Source: Terriglobia bacterium (GTDB lineage Bacteria > Acidobacteriota > Terriglobia > Bryobacterales > Bryobacteraceae). From it: 64,000 nt of DNA. Of the stretch, positions 19,579-27,185 are shown in pieces. Every line of letters begins with the position of its first letter. The first letter of the stretch is position 1. The notes under the pieces were generated by a model that had not been told where the DNA came from, did no database searches, and saw only the letters and a list, made by a program, of their open reading frames with translations. The stretch is taken from the NCBI GenBank assembly GCA_963767595.1, contig CAVYEK010000021.1, forward strand, positions 33,658 to 97,657, read 5' to 3'. The position numbers and the translations under genes are program-made.

Positions 19579-20089
19579 TGCCGCCTCCCTTTCCAATCTC
19601 ATTCTTCAGCTTGTCCAGCTTCTCGGTGTTGCCGACGCTCTCCAGCAGCAATTCCTCCAGCTTGTCGTTGCCCTGCAAACTGCCGCGGAGATCGGAAAGT
19701 CGAGTCCGCAGATCGAGCAGTTCCTTGAGGGGCTTGACCTGGCGCGCCACATTTTGCGGGTCGAAATCTTCCAGTTTGGCGAACTTCAAGTCCACCTTGA
19801 GGTTAGCGGCCTCCGGTTCCTCGCTCAGCTTGTTTTCCACGGCAAAGTTGAGGTGAGGTTTCATGCCTTCCAGGACGGAGTCGAAGTTGTCCGGATTCAC
19901 CTCGACGAACTTGCGATCCTTTAGTCTGGGCAGAGGCTGCTCCGGCTGGCCGGTGAAATCCCCTAGTACCCCGACCACGAAAGGGAGTTCCTTCAATTCG
20001 ATCGCCCCGCCCACCTCGACGTCGTAGGTGATCTGTACGCGTGGGGAGCGTACCCGATCCAACTTATGTTGCGTACTTTCTCTGGCCAT
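19571..20089 (-). CDS. tssB: T6SS contractile sheath small subunit TssB
   Basis: 172 aa. 'SPRVQITYDVEVGGAIELKELPFVVGVLGDF' is the TssB/VipA signature. Confidence 0.95.
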   Translation of the reverse strand: MARESTQHKLDRVRSPRVQITYDVEVGGAIELKELPFVVGVLGDFTGQPEQPLPRLKDRKFVEVNPDNFDSVLEGMKPHLNFAVENKLSEEPEAANLKVDLKFAKLEDFDPQNVARQVKPLKELLDLRTRLSDLRGSLQGNDKLEELLLESVGNTEKLDKLKNEIGKGGGNG

Positions 20090-20122
20090 AGCACCTCCCG
20101 AACAAAATGTTCAGTGAAACAC

Positions 20123-20151
20123 ACTATATGCCGCGCCAGAGGAAACGTCAA
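20123..20151 (-). promoter_or_regulatory. sigma70-like promoter for the tssB...vgrG operon
   Basis: On the minus strand: TTGACG (20151-20146), a 17-nt spacer, then TATAGT (20128-20123). The -10 ends ~33 nt upstream of the tssB ATG. A GGGAGG RBS follows. Confidence 0.45.
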
Positions 20152-20242
20152 GCTCCTCAGCCCCAACGAACAGGAATTTCCGGTTTTATTGGGGCGATCC
20201 GGGTATCCGGCCTGCCCGGCGGAGACGTGAAGGGCCAAAGTC

Positions 20243-21709
20243 TCACACCAGCGCCAGACGGCGCTCCACCAGCTTGCGCATCACCGCGCAACACTGCTGG
20301 CGCGCCTGTTCCCGATCGACCTTGGCCGCCGCCGCGAGATCCTCCGCCAATTCGTTCAAGGTCCGGGCGCCGTCACATCCCCGCAGGAAGTCGGCCACCT
20401 GCGGATCGAGCGCCAGTGAGCTGGGGATGCCGCCGGTCCGCCTGAGTTGCATCGAGGATGCCTTCCACTCTCCGGCCACCAGACGCAACTGCTGGTCGAT
20501 GTACGTATCGGATGGCAGCCGCGGCTTCCAAGCCATCATTTGGTCCGTGGAACGGTCCGTTTCCAGCCTGTCCTGGTTGCCGAATAATTCCACAATGGAC
20601 TCGCCAAACGGTTCCGTAAAGTCCAGGTTGGACGCTTCCTCAATGCGTATCCAGTTCTTGCCGGACCTGCGCCGCATGGCCAGGATCCCGCCCTGGATCT
20701 CCTGGACGCCATGGGCGCGATAATAGTCCATCCATTGGTCGAACCGTTGGTTGGCGGTGATCGGCGAATACGGCATCATCCGGCCGATGCGTTCGGAGGC
20801 GTACGCGGCGGCCGAGCGCGCGTAGCTGCGGAGCACCCAGGCGTCGCAGCCCGTATCCTCCAGCCACTCCTTCAGGCGGTCCTGCCAGGACTGCCCGCTC
20901 ACCTGGACCCACTCGAAGGTCATCTGCAGGAAGCCGTCTTCGTTGAGGTAGCGCGGCGCCGTCCGGACGAGCTCTCGGCAGTAATCGTCCAATTCCATGC
21001 TGTTTTCGCAATATATCTGCCCCGTGGACGGGGTCACGAAGAACGGCGGGTTGCTGACGATCAGGTCGAACGTCCGGCCCTGGACGGGTTCGAAGGTGTC
21101 GCCGGTCAGGCAGTCCACGTTCTTTACGCCGTTGAGCCAGACGTTGAAGCGGGCAAACTCGGTGGCGCGCGGGTTCAAGTCGGTCGCTACCACCCGGCGG
21201 CTGTGATCCGACGCGAGGATGGCGAGGATCCCGCAGCCGGCGCCAAGATCCAGGGTTGCCCCGGAAGGGCGCCGGATGGCGAACATTTGGAGCAGGCGCG
21301 TGGAAGGATTGGGCCACAAGACCATCGCGGAGGATTCCGGCGACTCCAGCGTGCGGGCCGGATCGGCTGCGAACAGGAAGCGTTCGCATGGCGTCAGCAT
21401 GACCCTGGGGGTCAAGCGGGCCCCGTCGCGAACCAGCATTCCCGTTTCCAGCATCTGGGCAACCACCGGTTCCGGCACAAGCCCCGAGATGGACTCGCTC
21501 TCCAGCGGCACGCCCAGGAAGAACCAGCGCAACAAGACGTGCAACGTCGAGGGCGCGGAAATGCGTTCCAGGAGATCCGGCAGGTTGCCGAGGCGGCTCG
21601 ACGGAAGGTCGCCCAGCGCCGGGTCTTGCTTGAATTGCTCGTGAGTGAAGCCGGCCTCCCTGAAGAACTCGAGAAGCTGCCGTGGAGCGGGGCCAATAGG
21701 AGTGAGCAT
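20243..21709 (-). CDS. class I SAM-dependent methyltransferase (NPPF-type) with long N- and C-terminal extensions
   Basis: 488 aa. Motif I 'TLDLGAGCGILAI', acidic 'VVATDLNPRA', motif IV 'LIVSNPPFF'. The C-terminal ~60 aa ('LDPQVADFLRGCDGARTLNELAEDLAAAAKVDREQARQQCCAVMRKLVERRL') look winged-helix/PqqD-like. Confidence 0.8.
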   Translation of the reverse strand: MLTPIGPAPRQLLEFFREAGFTHEQFKQDPALGDLPSSRLGNLPDLLERISAPSTLHVLLRWFFLGVPLESESISGLVPEPVVAQMLETGMLVRDGARLTPRVMLTPCERFLFAADPARTLESPESSAMVLWPNPSTRLLQMFAIRRPSGATLDLGAGCGILAILASDHSRRVVATDLNPRATEFARFNVWLNGVKNVDCLTGDTFEPVQGRTFDLIVSNPPFFVTPSTGQIYCENSMELDDYCRELVRTAPRYLNEDGFLQMTFEWVQVSGQSWQDRLKEWLEDTGCDAWVLRSYARSAAAYASERIGRMMPYSPITANQRFDQWMDYYRAHGVQEIQGGILAMRRRSGKNWIRIEEASNLDFTEPFGESIVELFGNQDRLETDRSTDQMMAWKPRLPSDTYIDQQLRLVAGEWKASSMQLRRTGGIPSSLALDPQVADFLRGCDGARTLNELAEDLAAAAKVDREQARQQCCAVMRKLVERRLALV

Positions 21710-21761
21710 CGGACAGTCCTCACGCCACTGTAGCGCAGAATGCGTGGCGTGACGTGGGGCA

Positions 21762-21783
21762 GGTTGTCAACCGGTTGTCAACC
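21762..21783. promoter_or_regulatory. two abutting copies of the 11-bp palindrome GGTTGTCAACC (candidate operator) in the MTase/tssK1 divergent region
   Basis: Exact copies at 21762-21772 and 21773-21783, giving an 11-bp period. A third degenerate copy, GATTGTCAC, lies at 21791-21799. Confidence 0.35.
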
Positions 21784-21897
21784 TGCGGCCGATTGTCACT
21801 CGGCCGCTGGCGAGCCCCAAAAACCGGAATTTCCACATTGTTCAGGACAGTTTCGGCGGGCGCCGGTTGGCATGACTGGCAAGTTCTGGTACTGTGA

Positions 21898-23259
21898 ATG
21901 CGAATGCGGCGATTGCAACCAGTGATCTGGACCAAGGGCACGTTTCTCACCCCCCAGCACCTGCAACTCCAGGATCGCTTTCTCGAAAGTCTCCTGGAGT
22001 TCCACCTGGACAGTCTTTCATTCCGTCCCTGGGGTTTCGCCACCCTGCAAATCAGCCGGGAAGCTCTCGCGGGCGGAGTATTCGGTATCGGCAGCGCGTC
22101 CGGGCTCCTGCCGGACGGGCTGATCTTCGATATACCCGGGGCCGACAGCGCCCCGCCGCCCAGGCAACTGATTGAGTGCTTCGAGAAGGATCAAACCACC
22201 CTTGACATGTACCTGGCCGTTCCGCAATACCGCGACCGGGGTCTGAACGTGGCCTCTTCCACGCGCGACAGCGGGGCCAGGTATCGCGCGGAAATCGAAG
22301 TGTTCCGCGACGAAACCACGGGCCTTTCGGAAAAGCCGGTCCAGGTGGCGCACAAGAATCTGCGCCTGCTGGTGGAAGGCGAGAATCGCGACGGCTGCTC
22401 GACCTTGCGCGCGGCCCGGGTCCAGCGCAGCGAAACCGGCGTTTTTCAACTGGACCCGGGTTTCGTGCCACCGTTGCTGGATTTCGCCGCTAGTGACCAC
22501 TTGGTTTCGATCGCGCGCCGTCTCGTGGAGCTTCTCACCGCGCGCTCCAGCGCCATCTCCGGAATGCGGCGGCAGAAGAACCAGAGCCTGGCGGATTTCA
22601 CCGCCGCCGATATCGCCAGTTTCTGGCTGCTCTACACCGTCAACACGGCCTTCCCGGTTCTCCGCCACTTATTCGAAACCCGTCGCGGGCACCCCGAGGC
22701 GCTTTATAACGCGATGCTCTCGCTGGCCGGAGCGCTCTCTACGTTTTCCACGGAAGTCCACCCGCGCGACCTGCCGGCGTACGATCACGACAATCTGGGC
22801 GTCTGCTTCACGGACCTGGACGAGAAACTGCGCACGCTGCTCGAAACCGTTGTGCCTACCAATATCGTGTCGCTGCCGCTGAAACTGGTCCAGCCGGCGA
22901 TCTACGCCACCTCCCTCGACAACGAGAAGTACCTGGTGAATACCCGGATGTACTTGGCGGTGAGCGCTGAAACCAGCCAGGCGGAGATCGTGGGCAAGAC
23001 GCCGCCACTGGTCAAAGTGTGTTCGGCGAGCCACATCGACCACCTGGTGCGGCAGGCGCTGCCCGGTGTTCCGCTGACTTACGTTGCGGCCCCGCCCAGC
23101 GCAATTCCGGTCAAGTTGAACCACCAGTATTTCAGCCTGAGCCAGTCCGGCCCCGCGTGGGAAGCCGTGCTGCGTGCCCGCAACCTGGCCGCCTACGTCC
23201 CCGCGGACCTGCCCAACCCGCAACTCGAGCTGATCATTCTGCTGCCGCAAGCGGGGTAG
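21898..23259 (+). CDS. tssK: T6SS baseplate protein TssK (paralogue 1)
   Basis: 453 aa. 'PVIWTKGTFLTPQHLQLQDRF' is the TssK N-terminal signature, and the protein is collinear with the second copy. Start is ATG 21898 or 21904, with no SD. Confidence 0.9.
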   Translation: MRMRRLQPVIWTKGTFLTPQHLQLQDRFLESLLEFHLDSLSFRPWGFATLQISREALAGGVFGIGSASGLLPDGLIFDIPGADSAPPPRQLIECFEKDQTTLDMYLAVPQYRDRGLNVASSTRDSGARYRAEIEVFRDETTGLSEKPVQVAHKNLRLLVEGENRDGCSTLRAARVQRSETGVFQLDPGFVPPLLDFAASDHLVSIARRLVELLTARSSAISGMRRQKNQSLADFTAADIASFWLLYTVNTAFPVLRHLFETRRGHPEALYNAMLSLAGALSTFSTEVHPRDLPAYDHDNLGVCFTDLDEKLRTLLETVVPTNIVSLPLKLVQPAIYATSLDNEKYLVNTRMYLAVSAETSQAEIVGKTPPLVKVCSASHIDHLVRQALPGVPLTYVAAPPSAIPVKLNHQYFSLSQSGPAWEAVLRARNLAAYVPADLPNPQLELIILLPQAG

Positions 23260-23272
23260 GGCCTCGTTAGTG

Positions 23273-23471
23273 TAGTGGGGCGTAAGAACTGCCCATTATC
23301 CATTGCCAGCCAATCATCGCGCTCGATCCGTAGAGCGGGCTTCCAGCCTGCCATGCCGGCGTCCTCGCCGGCATTCTTCGAGGAATGCCGGTACGGATAC
23401 CGGCATGGCAGGCTGGAAGCCCGCTCTACGGCGCTCTCGATAATGCGCATCATTTGCGCTGCGGACCACTA
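23273..23471. repeat. composite palindromic element: two inverted copies of a ~90-100-nt structured unit filling the tssK1/Pro-rich-gene convergent gap
   Basis: Perfect 32-bp inverted repeat 23328-23359 / 23400-23431 (ccgtagagcgggcttccagcctgccatgccgg). Inner 9-bp hairpin at 23368-23391. The outer ends begin TAGTGG (23273 on plus; 23471 on minus, where TAG is the stop codon). A third copy lies at 38742-38833. Confidence 0.6.
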
Positions 23472-25025
23472 GCGCCGCATTAGCAGAAACACCACAAGAC
23501 CGCCTGCCAGAAACATCAGCAGCCCTACAATTGCCAACAGCAGGACGTTGGTGGAAGGCGCCTTGACCGGCGCCGGCGGGGGCATGGAGTACTGCGGCGC
23601 CGGCATGGAGTATTGCGGCGCCGGCGGCGGGGGCATGGAGTATTGCGGCGCCGGTGGCGCCGGCATGGAGTACTGCGGCGACGGCAGACCGGGAATCGCG
23701 GGTTGCGCCACGCCTGGGATCGGGGGCGCATTGGCTTGCGGCATCGCGGGCGTGCTCGCGATCTGAGGCATGTGCGGATACCCGGGCGCCGGGGGCGTGG
23801 CGGGAGCGCCGGCGCCCGGGGTCGGGGGAACCGACATCAGGAGAGTGTACTCACTGGGACCCTGCTGCACGCCGGGTGCCTGACCCGGCTGCGGCGGCGA
23901 TGGAATCGCAAACGCCTGGGTCGCGCCAGCCGGTCCGGCATGGCGTGGCGCGGGCGGCGGAGCCGACCACGATCCCGGGGCGGACGGGAACCCGGACGCC
24001 GCCGGCAAAAGCGGTCCTTCGGTTCCCGGGGGCTGGGCCTGAAAGAGCCGCGTGAATTCGCCCCCTTGTGGACGGCTCGCGGGCTCCGGCACGGGCGGCG
24101 ATGGCGACTGAAACATGCGAGTAAATTCGCCGGCCGGGGCTGGGGACGGCGCTGGAGGCGGCCAATCCCCCGTTGACGGCGAAGACGGCAGGGGAGATTG
24201 ATAAAACACCCGCGTGAACTCTCCGGGCGAACCGGAAGCCGCCGGAGGCTGCGGAGGCGGCGCCGGCTCGGCCATCGGCGCGGCCGGGGCCTGAAACAAT
24301 CGGGTGAACTCTCCCGGCGTCGATTCCGCTGGCGGAGGCGCCGGCAGCGGACTCGCCGGCGATGCGGCAGAGTGCGGCAGCGTTGCAACCTGCGCGGCCG
24401 GGGCCTGAAACAATCGGGTGAATTCTCCCGGCTGCGGTTCGGCCGGCCCCGCAACAGGCGCCGCGGCGACCGGTGGAGGAGCGGGCGGCTCGGCCGGGGA
24501 CTGAAACAGTCGCGTAAACTCTCCCGGCTCGGAATCGACCGGTGACGGCTCGCCCGGCGGCGCCATCATCGGGCCGGCGGGCATCGGCATCGGTTCCTGG
24601 AACCTGCCGGCGAATGCGGTGGGCGGTACGGCCGGCGCGGGCGCGGCTGGGGGCCCGGGAGATGGCGGCTCCGCGGGCGGCTTGAACGTAGGAACCTTCC
24701 ACACGCCCGCGCGACTCAGTTTCTGAGCCTCCATCGCCGCGTGTTCCTGGTCCTTGAGCCACTCCAACAAATGCTGAAAGGGCGGGGCAGCCGTCACAAC
24801 GTACTGCGTCCCTTCGCTATCGTTCCCGAGTTCGAGCATCCGGGCCAGCGAGATCGGCGGAAGAGCGCGCAGCCTGGCCAGAATCCTCTCGTTCTCCGGA
24901 GTCTGCCCTTGCGCCAAGAAATGGACGCTCACAGCCCGCCCGGAGCTTCTCTGCCGAGCCCGGAAGCTCTTAGGGCCTTCACCAGGCAGTGGTTCGATCA
25001 ACTCGTACTTTTGATGGACGTCCAT
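23469..25025 (-). CDS. tail-anchored proline-rich repeat protein with a degenerate kinase N-lobe-like N-terminus
   Basis: ORF 23469..25067; ATG 25025 has GGAG upstream. Six 'GEFTR(L/M/V)F' motifs and four 'PQYSMP' motifs. C-terminal TM 'VLLLAIVGLLMFLAGGLVVFLLM'. The N-terminal 'YELIEPLPGEGPKSFRARQRSSGRAVSVHFL' resembles Hanks subdomains I-II but lacks the Gly-loop and the Lys. Confidence 0.7.
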   Translation of the reverse strand: MDVHQKYELIEPLPGEGPKSFRARQRSSGRAVSVHFLAQGQTPENERILARLRALPPISLARMLELGNDSEGTQYVVTAAPPFQHLLEWLKDQEHAAMEAQKLSRAGVWKVPTFKPPAEPPSPGPPAAPAPAVPPTAFAGRFQEPMPMPAGPMMAPPGEPSPVDSEPGEFTRLFQSPAEPPAPPPVAAAPVAGPAEPQPGEFTRLFQAPAAQVATLPHSAASPASPLPAPPPAESTPGEFTRLFQAPAAPMAEPAPPPQPPAASGSPGEFTRVFYQSPLPSSPSTGDWPPPAPSPAPAGEFTRMFQSPSPPVPEPASRPQGGEFTRLFQAQPPGTEGPLLPAASGFPSAPGSWSAPPPAPRHAGPAGATQAFAIPSPPQPGQAPGVQQGPSEYTLLMSVPPTPGAGAPATPPAPGYPHMPQIASTPAMPQANAPPIPGVAQPAIPGLPSPQYSMPAPPAPQYSMPPPPAPQYSMPAPQYSMPPPAPVKAPSTNVLLLAIVGLLMFLAGGLVVFLLMRR

Positions 25026-25117
25026 GAGCGCTCCGCTTCCCTGTAACATCGTACCGCGCCGGCTCAAAGTGAGCGCTGCACCGAGCGGCTTATGCTACCC
25101 TAATCCGGAGCGGGCTT

Positions 25118-26470
25118 ATGAACGTGCTATCGAGGGTGGTATGGTCTGAAGGCATGTATCTGGGGCCACACCATTTCCAGGTTCAGAGCCGCTATTTCGA
25201 AGATTCTATTCAGTTCGCCACCTCGACCCTGTGGTTCTCTTCGTACGGTCTGGCGGGTGTGGATCTCGATGCCGAAGCGCTCCAAAATGGCACCGTTTCG
25301 CTGCTCCATGCGCGGGGGATTTTCCGCGACGGCCTGACCTTCCACATGCCCGAAAGCGATGCGCTGCCGGAGCCACGGGCCGTCGCCGACCTGTTTCCCC
25401 CCACCCACGACGGCATTGTCGTGCTGCTCGCGATTCCACCGCGCAAACCCAACGGCTTCAATTGCTCGCTGCCGGACGGGGAGATCGCGGAGGCCCGCTA
25501 CACCGCCGAACCGCGCGTCCTGCGCGACGAAAATACCGGCGCCGACGAGCGCACCGTGCATCTCGGCCGCAAGAACCTGCGCCTGTTGTTCGATACCGAG
25601 CCGGCCGGCGACCTGCTCACCATGCCCATCGCGCGCGTGGTGCGGGGCGGCGCCGGCCACTTCGCCTACGACGCCAATTTCGTCCCGCCGGTGCTGGGGA
25701 TTTCCGCCTCCACCCGGCTCATGCTCCTGGCGCAGCGCCTCATCGAAATCCTGGACGACAAGAGCGCCGCCATCGGCCGCGGCGCGCGCAACGCCTCCGG
25801 CGGGCCGGCGGAGTTCTCCACGCGTCAGATAGCCAGCTTCTGGCTGATGCATGCCGTGAATTCCGCCTTGACGCCGCTGCGTCACCAGTTCATCGCCAAG
25901 CGCGGCCATCCCGAAGAGCTGTTCGTCGAGATGTCGCGCCTCGCCGGCGCCCTGTGCACCTTCGCCCTCGATTCGCACCCGCGCGACCTGCCGCTGTACG
26001 ATCACGACAACCTGAGCGTTTGCTTCGAGGAACTCGACCGCCACATTCGCGCGCACCTGGAAATCATGGTTCCCACCAACTGCATTTCCATTCCGCTGAA
26101 ACGCGCGGAGGATTACTACTACGAAGGCGACATCGCGGACCAGCGCTGCCTGGGCCGTTCGCGGTGGCTGCTGGCCATCCGCGCCCGAATGGGCGACGCC
26201 GACCTGATGGCCAAAGCCCCGGCGCTCATCAAGGTCTGCAGCCCGGCCTTCGTGCGGGAACTCGTGAAACGGGCCCTCCCCGGCATGCCGCTGATTCATC
26301 TTCCGGCGCCGCCGCCGGCGGTTTCCGCCCGGCTGGAAACGCAATATTTCGGTCTGAGCAAGGGCGGCCCCTGCTGGGACAACATGAGCGCGACGCGCAA
26401 GGTGGGAGTCTACGTTCCCGGTGAGTTTCCCGATCCCGAAATTGAGATTTTAGTCGTGCTGGAGAACTGA
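25118..26470 (+). CDS. tssK: T6SS baseplate protein TssK (paralogue 2), first gene of tssK-tssL-tssM
   Basis: 450 aa. 'RVVWSEGMYLGPHHFQVQSRYFE'. GGAG RBS. Confidence 0.9.
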   Translation: MNVLSRVVWSEGMYLGPHHFQVQSRYFEDSIQFATSTLWFSSYGLAGVDLDAEALQNGTVSLLHARGIFRDGLTFHMPESDALPEPRAVADLFPPTHDGIVVLLAIPPRKPNGFNCSLPDGEIAEARYTAEPRVLRDENTGADERTVHLGRKNLRLLFDTEPAGDLLTMPIARVVRGGAGHFAYDANFVPPVLGISASTRLMLLAQRLIEILDDKSAAIGRGARNASGGPAEFSTRQIASFWLMHAVNSALTPLRHQFIAKRGHPEELFVEMSRLAGALCTFALDSHPRDLPLYDHDNLSVCFEELDRHIRAHLEIMVPTNCISIPLKRAEDYYYEGDIADQRCLGRSRWLLAIRARMGDADLMAKAPALIKVCSPAFVRELVKRALPGMPLIHLPAPPPAVSARLETQYFGLSKGGPCWDNMSATRKVGVYVPGEFPDPEIEILVVLEN

Positions 26471-26471
26471 T

Positions 26472-27176
26472 ATGACCCCTTCGGCGAATATCCGCGGGCC
26501 GGAAAACCTGCCGCTCATTTTCCAGGAAGTTTTCACGGCCATCGAACGGCTGCGCTCGAATCGCCAGGGCGTCGCCGATTCGCAGTCTTTCCGGTATCAC
26601 ACCCGCGAGGCGCTAAAGACCGCCGCCGGCCAGGCAATGGCCGCCGGTTATTCACCCGACGACGTCAAGTTCGCCACCTTCGCCACGGTCGCGTTCCTGG
26701 ATGAATCCGTCCTCAATTCGCAGAACCCCGTTTTCACCGACTGGCTCCGCAAGCCGCTTCAGGAGGAGCTGTTCGGTACTCACATCGCGGGCGAGGTCTT
26801 CTTTCAGCATTTGCAGGCACTCCTCGGCCGAAACGATTCCGCCGACCTCGCCGATGCGCTCGAGGTCTACTATCTTTGCCTGCTGCTCGGTTTCGGAGGG
26901 CGCTACAGCGCGGGCAATCGCGGAGAACTGGCGCAGGTCATGAGCCTCGCCGCGGAGAAGATCCGCCGCATCCGCGGCCCGTTCGGGCCGCTTTCCCCCG
27001 CCTGGATGCTCCCCCAGGAACGTGTGGTCACCCGCTCGGACCCGTTGGTGCGAAAGCTGGGCTTTCTTGCCCTGGCGTGTGCGATATCGATGGCGCTGCT
27101 CTTCGGCGGCTACAAGGTCGCCCTTGGTTCGGGAGTGTCCGACGTTCGGGCCATCGCCGTTCCCGCTCAACAATAG
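26472..27176 (+). CDS. tssL: T6SS membrane-complex protein TssL (DotU family), no OmpA/peptidoglycan-binding extension
   Basis: 234 aa. 'ALEVYYLCLLLGFGGRYS' is the DotU signature. Single C-terminal TM 'LGFLALACAISMALLFGGY'. Confidence 0.9.
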   Translation: MTPSANIRGPENLPLIFQEVFTAIERLRSNRQGVADSQSFRYHTREALKTAAGQAMAAGYSPDDVKFATFATVAFLDESVLNSQNPVFTDWLRKPLQEELFGTHIAGEVFFQHLQALLGRNDSADLADALEVYYLCLLLGFGGRYSAGNRGELAQVMSLAAEKIRRIRGPFGPLSPAWMLPQERVVTRSDPLVRKLGFLALACAISMALLFGGYKVALGSGVSDVRAIAVPAQQ

Positions 27177-27185
27177 GAGGTCTGC

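Noticed and set aside
21868-21885. Sigma54-like TGGCAT-N5-GCAAG upstream of tssK1
   Set aside because: The GG and GC elements are 8 nt apart rather than the required 10, and there is no TTGC. The ctggcgcggcatatag upstream of tssB likewise fits sigma70 (TTGACG-17-TATAGT) better than sigma54.
23580-24530. Regularly spaced DNA repeats (possible CRISPR or satellite)
   Set aside because: They are in-frame coding repeats (PQYSMP and GEFTRLF motifs) inside one ORF. The spacers are not unique-sequence and there are no cas genes.
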